The notes beneath the pieces were generated by a model, which did no database searches, had not been told where the DNA came from, and saw only the letters and a program-made list of their open reading frames with translations. A DNA stretch of 64,000 bases, taken from Vicugna vicugna. Taxonomy: Eukaryota. Shown piece by piece: positions 1-11,363 of this stretch. The translations under genes and the position numbers were made by a program. The stretch lies in NCBI GenBank assembly GCA_013265495.1, contig MU057377.1, positions 310,001 to 374,000 on the forward strand, given 5' to 3'. Each line of letters begins with the position of its first letter. Position 1 is the stretch's first letter.

Positions 1-650
1 CTATTCTCTTAGCAAATTTCAAGTATACAATACAGTACTGTTAACTGTAGTCACCATGCTGTAATTGGATCTCCAGAACTTTTCCTGCTTTTCCAGAACC
101 CTCCAGCATCTCCCCATTTCTCCTACCCCTCTGTCCCCGGCCCCTGGTTACCATCATTCTACTCTCTGCATCTATGAGTTTGACTATTTTAGATTCCATG
201 TACAAGGAAGGCCGTGCAGTATGTGCCTTTCTGTGTCTGGCTTATTTCACGGAGCATGTCTTCCAGGTTGATCTGTGCTGTCACAAATGGCAGGATAGCC
301 TCCTTTTTTGTAGCTGAGTAATATTCCATCTTACATATTCTCCACATTTTCTTTATCCATTCATCCATCAGTGACATTTAGGTTGTTTCCATAGCTTCAC
401 CATTGTGAATAATGCTGCAATGAACATGCAGCTGTATCTTCAAGATACTGATTTTATTTTCTTTGGATATATACCTACAAGTGTGTGTGTGTGTGTGTGT
501 ATTTTTTTGGCTGGGTTATAAATCCATATATATCTTTCATATATGTATATATCAGCTGATTTCCATAGTGGCTGCACCCATTTACATTCCCACCAACAGT
601 ATGCAAGGACTTCCTTTCCTCCACGTCCTCCACCGTCACTTGTAATCGAG
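1..650 (-). mobile_element. LINE-1 remnant (ORF2 end and 3' UTR, L1MA-like)
   Basis: ORF 189..377 (MDEWIKKMW...MEYYSATKKEAILPF...NLEDMLREISQ) is the typical L1 ORF2 C-terminal region; a (TG)n tract lies at 481-500. Confidence 0.85.
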
Positions 651-887
651 TCTGAATTTTACAGATGACAGTTGCAAAGACGTGGAAGCCAGTGTCCCTC
701 TCACTTCTTTGCTGTTAACAGAGCCGGGGGAGGTGTTCAGAGATGACACTGGTGCTGCGCGCCTGCTGGGAGGGACCTAACCAGCCTTGGGAGAGACGAG
801 TAGTGATTTCCAAGTAGAAAAAAAATATATTGTCTAAGTAATGCTCTCAGTGTGTTAAATTTTTTCTGAATATGTTCCTTCCCTCAG

Positions 888-1373
888 AGTAAGTCCAGCG
901 CCCCAAGCGAGAGCAGCCTAGGCCCACTCTGCAGCGGCTCAGGGGACCAGGCTGAGTGGCACCTGGGGCAGGACGACAGCGCCCTGCACGGCAGGCACCT
1001 GCCCCCCTCACCCAGGAAGCGGCTGTCCTCAGGCGCGGCGACCGAGTCCCTGTTCATCCTGAAGGAGGAGAGCAGGGAAGCACCGGAGAAGCCGGCTCTG
1101 CCGTCGGGGCCCGCTGTGCAGCTGGCCTCGCCCGAGACCGCCACCGCGGAGAGCAGGGACACACTAAGCCAGCCTCCCGATGACCTGCTGGAGCCCAGCC
1201 TCGGACGGCGCTCTTCCACCTTTGTTCCTTGGGAGAAAGAGGGGAGAGGAGCTGAGGATGCGGCAGAAGGTGCCGGACTGCTCCAGGAAGTGGTGTCCCT
1301 GTGTCATATCACATCTGCCTTCCAGCAAGACCTCAACATTTCAGAAGGAAAAACAGGTGGAAACCAAGCCTGA
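888..1373 (+). CDS. DENND1B: DENND1B (connecdenn 2, Rab35 GEF) last coding exon, 161 aa + stop
   Basis: Acceptor ttccttccctcag ends at 887. Frame reads SKSSAPSESSLGPLCSGSGDQAEWHLGQDDSALHGRHLPPSPRKRLSS...SSTFVPWEKEG...LLQEVVSLCHITSAFQQDLNISEGKTGGNQA-TGA, matching the recalled mammalian DENND1B C-terminus. In frame with ORF 1116..1373. Convergent with CRB1 as in the known synteny. Confidence 0.92.
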   Translation, partial: SKSSAPSESSLGPLCSGSGDQAEWHLGQDDSALHGRHLPPSPRKRLSSGAATESLFILKEESREAPEKPALPSGPAVQLASPETATAESRDTLSQPPDDLLEPSLGRRSSTFVPWEKEGRGAEDAAEGAGLLQEVVSLCHITSAFQQDLNISEGKTGGNQA

Positions 1374-2269
1374 ATCAGCAGTGAGAGTCGGACACTTGAC
1401 CCAGCGCCGCCGGAGGCGTGGGAGGCCCCGGGGTAAATCTGCATCAGCAGCAGTGCTGTGCAGGAATGACCGCTGTCACTGCTGCCTGCAAGTTACCTGT
1501 CCTTTGGAGCGTTCACTTCCCCATCTCGTTCCCCTTGTGTGTAGATTAGCCCTTAATTCTTAAATGTAAAGCTAATTGTTCCATGTGCTCTTGAATCAGG
1601 TACTAGTTTGTACGTATGTTGGAAGTATATACTGAACACATGATTTCCCAGTATTTGGTGCTTAATGCCACCTCGCTTGTTTAAGCTAGTCTGTGTGTGT
1701 GACCCTTGCACATAACCAGTAGCTCCTGCACTAACCTGGTTGAACGTGAACTGGCCGAGATCTCAAAACCTCTCAGAAGTAGCCCGAAACTGCTGAGAGT
1801 GTCAACCCACTCATTGCCTTAATCTTAAGCCTATATATTAAGCATACTTACATAATTTATGGAAATACATATAAATTTTGAAAGATAAGTTATAAGTGTT
1901 CTGCGGAGCAATAATGCCTTTTTCTAGTCATTGAGTCAAGGACAAAAAATTCATTTTTTCGAAGTTAAAAAGCTCTCTTGTGGACACTGCAGCCATGTTT
2001 TCCAAAATACGTAAAGGTACACACTTACCTGTCACTCAGTGAAGTATATGAAGTGCTGAATTACAATGTGAAATTAATGACTTCTGTTTACAGATGACAC
2101 TTTAAATTTTTCCACTGTCCCTCTGCTCGCCTTTGCTAAGTAAGAGTCACTCCTGGAAAGCCAAATGCGACATGAACTGTCCTGATAAAAAAAAGTTCCT
2201 ATCTTTTTTTTCCCTTAACTAATAATTCTCTATCAGAATGCTTTATATCATCTCAAATTTACTTCTTAA

Positions 2270-2720
2270 AATAATTGACCTACTGTTTTGGAGGTTTGGG
2301 ATTTGTAGGAAGAGTGGAGAGCCCGGAGTCCCTCTGCAGCCCCCGCCGTGTCCCTGTGTGGACCTCACCACGCACGGGCTGCGCCTTCCGCACATGTCCC
2401 TGGGTTTTCCCTAGCGCGCCCTTTCTGCCCCGGGACCCCACGTCCCATTTGGTTGTCACGTCTCCGTGGGCTCCTCTGGCTCTGACAGCTTCCCGGACGT
2501 TCCTCGTGCCCGGCGACCTCGACAGTTCCGGAGGGTCCTGGCGGGGGAGTTGTGGCTCCTCTGCTGGAATCCGGCAGGTGTTCTCACTGGGATGACGGGT
2601 GTTGGGGTGGGGGCTGCAGAAGAGCGCGGCTTCAGCCACCGTGTCGCGGGCGCGCGCACTCGCGCACCGATGGCTCCGCGGCCGGCCGGGTGGGCAGGAA
2701 TCGTCGGCGAGAACGGCGTC
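2270..2720 (-). mobile_element. Old L1 3' fragment (L1MC-like) in the DENND1B 3' UTR, strongly GC-shifted
   Basis: catttggttgtcacgtctcc...gctcctctggctctgacagcttcc...gacctcgacagtt resembles the antisense L1MC 3' consensus (from memory). Confidence 0.6.
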
Positions 2721-5474
2721 TTGTTAGTATGTTCCGGGCACAGACTCTGCACATCCCCAGCCATGAGTATTTTTTTTAATTGTCATTTTAGGAAGGGAGT
2801 TTGAGAAACCGTTTGAGAACCCCCGTCAAGACTGTATGAAATATTTGCTGAAGTCAGAATTTAGTTTTCAGTTTAAAAAAGTCCTGGAAGGGGTTTTGTT
2901 AAAAACATTGCTTAAAAATAAGGTAAAGAAAATGGCCTTTTTTAAAGTACACTCCAGAATCTGAATGGGTGTGTTTTATTTGGGACAGTTATTCGTTCAT
3001 GTTTATGAAAGAAGACAAATCTTGTTTTCCTGATAAGGATGGACTTTGTATATATTAAAAAAAAAGTAATCCTCTATTTAACATGAAAGTAAGACTCGAG
3101 GTTCTTGTCAGATTTTGCCTTTATACGCTCATTACAAAATTCCATTTTGCTTTATTGAAGTATGTAAAACAGAAGTTCATTTATCAGAAGGGCTGTTTTA
3201 AATGAGAAGGAAAATCTGTCACTCTGGTTGTTAATCTGCTGAGCAAACGTTCGTCATAATTTTTGAAAAGAATGTATAGCAGCCCTTTAATATGAATTTT
3301 GGAATGAGATATTCTTTTCCTTCAGAATTCGTGGTCTGAAGGATGGGATAATTGTGAGTGTAGCAGAGGCAAAATTTGGGTTTCAGTGCATTCGCTGAAT
3401 AAGCTTCACGGCCTCAGAAGCGGGAGCTCTTTCTCTGCCTTCCCGCCACGTCCCCGGACACCTGGCGGCGCTGCTGTGCGCGTGAGACGGCAGCCACTGA
3501 CACGTGCGCTTGTGTCGGGCTGTTCTAAGCTGGACGCGTGCCTTATTTTACCACACTAAGTCGGCTGTTCGATTCCACGTTGAAAACAAAAAGTCTACGT
3601 GTGATTCCTGGAAAACAACACAAAAGACTAGTAGCAAGTATTAGTATTTCCAACCGTTCCCTTTCTGAGTCTTCAAAGTCTGGTCTTAAACGAGCCTTCC
3701 CAGGACCACGGTGAATGCGGGGAGGATGAAGTGCAAGTGAGTTCTGGAGTGTAAGTATCATCTTAGTTTCTCCTGGGTTCCTACTTTCTGTTGTAACTAA
3801 ACCAAGCATTTGTATATTCCCCTGCTGTCTGAATTCCTCCTCCCGCCCCACCTCGAAGGACTACACCTGTTCTCTGACAGAATCGCATAAACGAGCAAGA
3901 CCTTTGGCTCTGGTCCATGGTCTCTCTGTGGCCTCCACACAGAGTCACGATTCTCCCTGAATCTCACCCTGACTTTTATCTTTTTCCCTTAGATGTTGCA
4001 CCTGTGGTATTTCAGGGGCTAAAGAGTATGTGTGGATTTAGGAGCTCTTGTTTTGTTAAGTGAGAGTGTTGTTAAGCGGTATATTTTGATGGTTACGTAC
4101 TTAGCCTATTTTAGAAAGACACCACAATATAGCATGATTACTCTTCTGATTCAAAATTAAAAGCTCATTCATTTAGGAAATATCACTTGACTCTCTGCCC
4201 AGTCCCAGGCAAGGCACTGTGACTGCAGACGCCGGGACACAAAGGAATTGACCTAGTCCCTGCTCTGAAGGAACCAATTAAAAGGAAAAAGAATTGCAAA
4301 TCTCTGTTAATGATAATATATTGTGCTTAGAAGTTATTCAGCCAAGATTCTATCACCAAAAAGAAGTCTTTTACAACTGCTTAATCTGAAACATGCTCTG
4401 AATACGGAACCATTGTGAGCATTTCTGATTTCGTTACTCTCTTCCTCTGTTCTACGAAGTACAGTAATGCTGCTATCTGGGACACCTGCTTTTAAAGGAC
4501 AGATCCAGAGACTCTTAGAAATGAAGTGTTCTTGTATATCTGATTGTCTGGTCCCACGCTGCTCAGCCGAACCAGGTGGCCATGCTCCTTTGCTCGGCTT
4601 AGGGGGAGCAGAGTGGGCTGAGTGGATGCGTGTTGGTGGGAACCTAGTCTTTGCCATCTTTGTCTTGGTAACAGCATTCTCTAGAAACAGTTCCCCACCC
4701 CAGACTAAAACCGTGTGTGACAGTGATGTTGTTAGATTCTGTGCTCACATCCTCATCAACAGGGCCCAGGAGCTTACAGATTAGTTGTTTCTGAAATCAG
4801 GTGGAGAAGTAGACTGCTGATCAAGAGGACAAAACTGTGACTATTCTCATTCTTCGATCATTCTTTTCTCGAAAATCTGGATTTTCAGGAAAAGATTATT
4901 TCCATGAGTAAATTTTCTAATGTGAATTCCATTTTGTTTGGCATTAAAGATATGGATTCTGGGTAGATATTTGTAGATCAGAATATAAATTTAAGAATGT
5001 AAAATGAATACCCAGAGCTAATTCCCCCAAAGCACTTCTTATGATAGGAAATGGGTTTTACAGACTGTGCCAGTGTTGACATCTTTCCTGTGTCGAGCCC
5101 AGGAACTTGTCAGTGTCTGTTTCTTAAAGCTTGTTGTTTTGAGCAAATCAGTTAAGATTGTGATTTGGTCAACATAGAGAATTATGTGTATTTAGAAAGA
5201 AGCATATTTAATTTTGAGAATAATAGGATTTTGTGCAATATTTTTTTCTTGCATAATTTAGTTCATATATACATGCACATCTGCTTTTCCAGCAGGTGCC
5301 TTAAGGTCAAGTTTCTTCAGTATTTGTGTAAAACTGTATGTAGCAATGTTCTATGTGATTTTAGAAAAAAAAGTATTCTTTATACTATCTATCGGCAGGA
5401 GAAATGTTTTTATTTAAAATAATTATGAATTATGAATATTGCATTATTGTATCACGACTAACTGCCTCAGCAGC

Positions 5475-5480
5475 AATAAA
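5475..5480 (+). terminator. Candidate DENND1B poly(A) signal AATAAA
   Basis: AATAAA (followed by AATAAG) at the end of a long U/A-rich stretch (about 5150-5470). Confidence 0.55.
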
Positions 5481-7674
5481 TATGCAATAAGAAAATCCTG
5501 AACCTTGGGTTAGCATTGACGGTACTGTTACTTCAGAAGAAATGTTAATAGTCCAAAGTGCTGACTCTCATGTGTACTTTGAACCAATATTCAGTCCTGT
5601 ACCACGTGCATCTCCACGGCGTTATGTGGCGATGACAAAACATGTGTCAGCTGTAAGACCCTTGTGGTGAGTCTTTGGTCATAAGATTTATGAAGGGCAT
5701 TGCCGATACTTTTTGACTGTCTGTAAATTAAGTTAATTTTTGTATGATGTACAGTTTGTTTAACCTTAGAGCTTCTATAGATTTCTACCTTTATTATACT
5801 TGAATGAGGCAGAAAAGCACTGTGGGAAACCTGCAGCTCTGGGTGAGATACACAGACACACCAAAAAAAATCACACAAGGTACTGAACAGCAAAGACAGC
5901 CAGATGCTTTCCATCCAGACAGCTCTGCTTTTTCAAACCGTACTTCAGTTAAGCGAAGTAACTTAAAATACACAGTCTTTTAAGAGTCACAAATGATTAC
6001 CTCTTTGATACAATAAACCTCTGAGTCTCCTCGTCTGTGTCACCCCATGTCTCAGCAGAGAGCCTTGTTGAGGTACACTGACAAATGCGCCCTTTGGTTC
6101 ATTTTGTGACATCGAGGCCGGGACAGAGCTAGAACCCTATGCATGGTAAGCGCACCCATGTGTCAAGTCACCATCCCTCAGAGAGTGTCTTTTCCTTATG
6201 GTTATTTTGAGAACCACTTAATAGTCATATACAAAAATGAGATTTCTTGATAACCTGTTATGATTTAGTACTTAAAGCAACGCCTAAAACAACAAACAAG
6301 TATAAACTGCACGAGACCTACAATTTAAAATGCACCAAGCGTTTTTACACAAAAGGTACATGAGAGGTTAAAATGTGAACTTTTCCAAAGCTTACTTCTC
6401 TTCAAGTGAACGACCGTTTGAAAGGACTGACCATCTAGCGCTTTGTGCTAGACTTGGTGACAGGTGTCTGTGCAAAGCTCCCGGCACCGAGACGTGCTTC
6501 CTTCTTGCACCCTTGAGACTGCAGCCTGAGTCACCTCTGAAGCCGACTTCCATTGGGAGGACGTTGTGCACAGGAGTCTTGTTTGGGGAATTAAAAAAAT
6601 ATATATGCAAAAGTAAATGTTGGATGAATGACACATTACCACAAAGTGCCCAACAATGCAGGTTTAAAATAAAATTGGTCATAATCAAAACTTCCTGGTG
6701 GTGACTCTTCCTTTACGATTGGCTGGTTCTCCCCGGCAGTGCCCAGGTGAAGTGTTGTAAGGACCCCGCCACGTCGTCCTGGAGCAGGGCAAGTGCCGCA
6801 GTGTAACCTGAAGCCTGAGTCTTTCCGAAGGGTCTGCCTGAGAGCCACCTGCTCCTTCGGGTCCATCAGGCTCTGGGACCACAGGAGAGGTGAGCAGAGT
6901 GTCCCTGAGTACAGCAGAGCAGGGCTGCCCAAGCCAACACCTGTTTATGGACTTCCATGGAAGAGTCGAGGACAGACGTAAAATGTAGTCGTGTGTGTGA
7001 ACGGCGCTGCAAAGGCCAGGGGTGAACGTCCTGCAGGGGCTCTGAAGGGCCGCCCAGAGCACAGGGCAGGTCTGAAAGCAGCACAGTTTCCCTTGCGTGC
7101 AGAACTTCTGGGAAGAAGATGTTGAACTTTTCTTGTTTCCATAGAGGAAGGAAAGGTCTGACTGTAAGAAAAGAGGTGTGATCCTTGGAAGCCGAAGGTT
7201 TAGCTAACTTTTACTGATCTTGATTTTTAACACTTTGCCTGCCGCCTTGACAGGGGCTAGTCTCAACACCTCTCAGTGTCTCTGTCGGAGAAAGATGCTC
7301 ACATCTTAATTTTATAGATGCAGATTTTAAAAACCCCAGCTGGATTTTCCTTATGTATAAGTGAAAGAGAATGCCCTTTTTGGAGTATTATTTTATAGTG
7401 AGTCTGAGCACCTTTTTGCCTGGAAGTAACAGTGAATTATAGGACGCGTCAAAATGTAGACATTTATGGAAAATACAGTGTTAACAGCCTGAAAATGAAA
7501 CTGTGCTGTGGGAGTTTCTAGCTGAATTAAAATCTCTCCCACGTTCTGCTGTTGATTTGTCCTGTTACCTGATTTCCCTGAACTTTTGTTTCTCTCTGTG
7601 TAAAACAGACGTGTCTGTTCTTAGGATGAATTAGGAATATTGAGAAACTTCTGTCTGCATCGCAGCTGCCACAC

Positions 7675-7738
7675 ATAGCCGGCGCTCTGTATCCACGCAT
7701 CCACAGCCACAGATCCAAGCAACCTAGATCGAAAATGT
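7675..7738. mobile_element. MER2/Tigger-like DNA transposon end fragment
   Basis: ctctgtatccacgcatccacagccacagatccaagcaacctagatcgaaaat resembles the MER2 terminal sequence. Confidence 0.4.
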
Positions 7739-7744
7739 TTGTCT

Positions 7745-8836
7745 GTTTTTTATTCTAAATTCCAGAGCGTTCCAGTTTTTACAGTTTCAGGTCTTATGTT
7801 TAGATCTTTGATCCATTTCCTTTGTTGGAAGTGGGCAGGGGCAGGTCCCAGTGGGGCGGGCTGTGGGTTCAGGGCTCCCAGGGCGGCTGCCTGCCCGCTG
7901 GGGGGTGAGGCTGGGTCCTGGGGCTGCTGCTGGTCCCCTGGTAGCAAGGCTGGTTCCCAGGGGTCCTGGGGCAGGCGTTGGCCAGCTGGTAGGCAGGGCC
8001 AGGCTCCAGGGGTTCCCAGGGCTGGTGCTGATCTGCTAATGGGTGGAGCTGGGTCCTGCGGGAAGCTGGTGGGTCCTGGAGCTGGTGCCAGCTCACTGGT
8101 TGGCTGAGCCAGGGACCAGACAGTCCCGGGGCTGGTGTTGGCCAGTGGATGATGGGTACGGCTGTGTCCCCGTGAGGCTGGAAGCTTGGCCTGGGGCATC
8201 CTGGAACGGGTGCTGACTGGTGGGTGGACAGGGCCGCGTCCCAGCGCTGACAGCCGGGGGAGGACTCCAGAACAGCACTTGCCTCCACCCGGGTCCTGAC
8301 AGGAGAATCCGCTCCCCAGAGTGGCTCCGCTGGCCTCCGTGTCCCCAGGGTGTCTCAGTGGCCTCCCGCCTCTCTGGGAGGCTCTCCAGGACCAGAAAGC
8401 GGGTCTAATCCAGGCGCCTTTCAAATGGCTGCCTCCACGCCGCGTCTCAGAGCAGGCGAGCCTGTGAGCGTGTGCCTTGAGAGTGGCTCCTCTCAGTCTC
8501 CCAGCACAAGCCAGCCGGCCTTCAAAGCCGGGCATGCTGGGGCTCATCTTCCCGATGCAGCGGTCCCAGCTGGGGACACCCGTGTGGGGCTCAGACCTCT
8601 CGCTCCTTGGGGAGAAGCTCTGCAGACTTTGACTATCTCCCGGTTTGCAGGCAGCCCCCCGGGAGCTCTGACGTGGCAGCACCCCCACCCCCTGCCCCTT
8701 TCGCCGCGGCTCCTTCTTTGTGTCCTTAGTGGCAGAAGATCTGTCCTACTAGCTTCGGGGCATCGTCATCAATAGTTGCTCTGTAAATAGTTGTAATTTC
8801 GGTGCTGGCGGGAAGAGGGGAGCTCAGGGTCTTCCT
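7745..8836 (-). mobile_element. LINE-1 5' UTR (~1 kb, GC-rich) joined to a short ORF2 fragment
   Basis: The - strand begins ggccaggacggtggaggaggaagaccctgagctc...accgaaattacaactattt (L1M-type 5' end) and ends in KWIKDLNIRPETVK (late ORF2). Confidence 0.7.
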
Positions 8837-11085
8837 CCTCCACCGTCCTGGCCGCCTCTTGTTCAGCTCATCTGTGACTGTCCAGTTCTCAGCACGACAC
8901 TCATCTCACAGCAGATGCATAACAGCGGTGAACGAAACAGAGTCGAACGTCACTAGTCAAGATGGCAGAGTTTTGGCAAGACCTTACACCTCTCTGTTAA
9001 GTCTCACAGGAGTATAATGAATAAACTAGCCCCTCTTTTGGAAATGTCTGTCCACTAAATATTCGCATCAGACATGCAAAACAAGCTCAAAGGAATGGTG
9101 CTGAGCTTAGTAATAGCATAATTAAAATCTCAAACTAACTCTGAAATTACGAAGGAAATGGGACAGGAAGAAACTCAAAGCCCAGGGTCAAGTTAACCCC
9201 GCACCGTTTCTGCATGAATTAGGGATAAGTGTTCTTTAATAAGAATGTAGGGAGGTATTACTGTAGGTTCTTTGGAAAGATACACAAACCAAAGGATAAT
9301 TTTACTATTTGACCAGCCCCTCCTGATGGGATGGATGAGTAAATGCGAAACTTTTCATTAAGCATAATCTCTTTCTTCACATATTTTTGTCCATTAATGA
9401 AGTGTTAACAGCAGACGCTATTGTATATTTTAAGATTTAAACTGGATAGTCTATACAAGCAACTGACATTTGGTTGGTTCCAGCAACACCCCTACACATT
9501 TCTTTAATGATTTTGAAAATGTTAGCATAACAGAAAGGAGTTTAGAGGTTATTTAAATCTTATTTGTCCTTAAATTATTTGATAGACTCCCAGCCATAGT
9601 TGACCTTCGGCACATGGTAAAGCAGATCCCGTTCTCATTGTGGGTATTGTGACTGCTTTAAAGGACACAGCCACGTCGGAATCTCAACCTAATTAATTGC
9701 ACCTTATTTTGCGGTCTGTCTTGGGAGCCCTTGCTTGCAGGATGAACCGTTTTTGGTAATGTTTCTCCTCCTGTCACACTGTAAATGCCACCAGGCCAGC
9801 ATTTATATAATTGGCTTCTCCCTTTCTTCCTGTTCCATCCACTACCCGCTCGGTCCACGCAAGAACGTTCCTGCTGCAGCGCCAAGGCTCTTCTGCCCGG
9901 GACGCAGAACCGTCTCCTTTCAGGATAATCGACTCTGTTCAGAAACTTCTGTCTCCTGTGTTTCGTGCAGTCTTCTCTACCATCGCAGTCTTTTCTCCAG
10001 CTAGGTAAGATCTCCGATGATATTTTTGATTTCAGTGAATTATGTTGTGCTTGGCACCAAGTGCAAGATATTTGGTGATTATTTTTTTCATGAAATGAGT
10101 GAAGTGAATAATTCTGCTGTTTAGAATGAATGTGAAGAAGTATTATTATATGTCCTGTTTTAAAATCAGATTTGTATGTCCCAGATATGTTTGAAAGATT
10201 TAAAACTCATGCATTTTGAACAACCTCACTTTGGGTTCGGGAGAGATAAAAGCCTTGGAGGTCTGGGCGTCTGTGACACCGTCAGCAAAAGCAAGCTGAC
10301 GGAGGAGGAGGGGACCCTTCAGAGAGCATCCAATCGGTGCATTTAACTTCAGTGCATCACTACATAGACCAGGAGAGCTGCAGAATCCACGGGAAACCCA
10401 GGTGTCACCAGCTCAGTTTGCTTCCTTGCTTTTGATGGGAGAGAATCAGCAAGAAAATGATCAAGAAGCAGATTTCAACCCCACACAGAAGAAACTCTGC
10501 TGAAAAGCAAATGGTACCAAACAAGAAAAAGTCAGGTAACGTGTCTTCTCACAGGTCACCAGTGGTGATTATGCTGATGCACAAGGAAGTTCCCTGGGAC
10601 ACAACAGTTTGGGGGGAAATTTTCAGCTAAATCTGCCGGAGCATGTCGACACTTATCACACGGCAGCTTCTCGCTAGACCGATTTGCACCACCCACACAG
10701 CCGTGCAGGTCACCAGTTAGAGTCACGTGCGCGGGACTGTCCAGGACAATCCCGGGGAGAGGCCCTGTCTCTGTGTCCTGAGACTAGGCCGCCCTCGGGA
10801 GCAGGTGGAGGGCGTTGCTTGAACTCTGGGGGCGTTGCTGCAGGTGCAGGTGCCTGGGGAGGGTTTTCTGGAACAGAGAGAGAGGACGCTGAAGGGAAGG
10901 GAGGGTGCGGATGTGGCCCTGCCGCCCCTGCCAAGGGGGGGACACCTGTGAAGTCAGCACATCCAAGGACTACAGAGACCTCCCCTCCCCCACCGTCCAG
11001 TATGTCCCCCTCGAGGGACACGAGGGGGTGCCTTTATCTTATCATAAAAGGTGAGAGAGGAGATGACTAAGTGATATTTCTTACT

Positions 11086-11363
11086 AAGATAAAAAAAAAC
11101 AGCCATGCATAGACATATATATATATATATTTGTTTACATGTTCTTTTTCATTAAATGTTACTGCAAGTTATTGAATAGAGTTCCCTGTGCTGGACAGAA
11201 AAAACTTTTTTTAAAATATATTTTTATATATAGTAGCTAACATTTGCAAATCACATGACTGGGACATCGTGCTGCACACCAGAAATCGACACATCGTAAC
11301 TGACTGTACTTCAATAACAAAATAAAAATTTAAAAAAGTTTTTTAAAGATAAGAAAAAGCAAC
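11086..11363. mobile_element. Short L1 3'-end insertion with 5' inversion, including flanking TSDs
   Basis: Antisense L1 3' UTR (about 11104-11252) followed by sense L1 3' terminus and A-rich tail (11253-11345); 18-bp TSD with 15/18 identity. Confidence 0.75.

Larger units (their letters stand above)
1374..5500 (+). other. DENND1B: Probable DENND1B 3' UTR (~4.1 kb)
   Basis: Follows the stop codon, has U/A-rich blocks and a Pumilio-type TGTATATA at 3047-3054, and ends near AATAAA 5475-5480. The end point is inferred. Confidence 0.6.

Noticed and set aside
7750..8688. 312-aa ORF on the - strand
   Set aside because: It lies in the GC-rich L1 5' UTR and ends in an ORF2 scrap; low-complexity composition and no exon structure.
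9741..10004. Exon-like segment on + (cttgcttgcag ... CTAG|gtaaga)
   Set aside because: No recognisable protein, it lies beyond the inferred DENND1B poly(A) signal, and I found no partner exons; such pseudo-exons are common.
10731..10753. Near-palindrome cgggactgtcc-a-ggacaatcccg
   Set aside because: Too short to call; it resembles sub-terminal motifs of hAT-Blackjack/MER81-type relics rather than a functional RNA.
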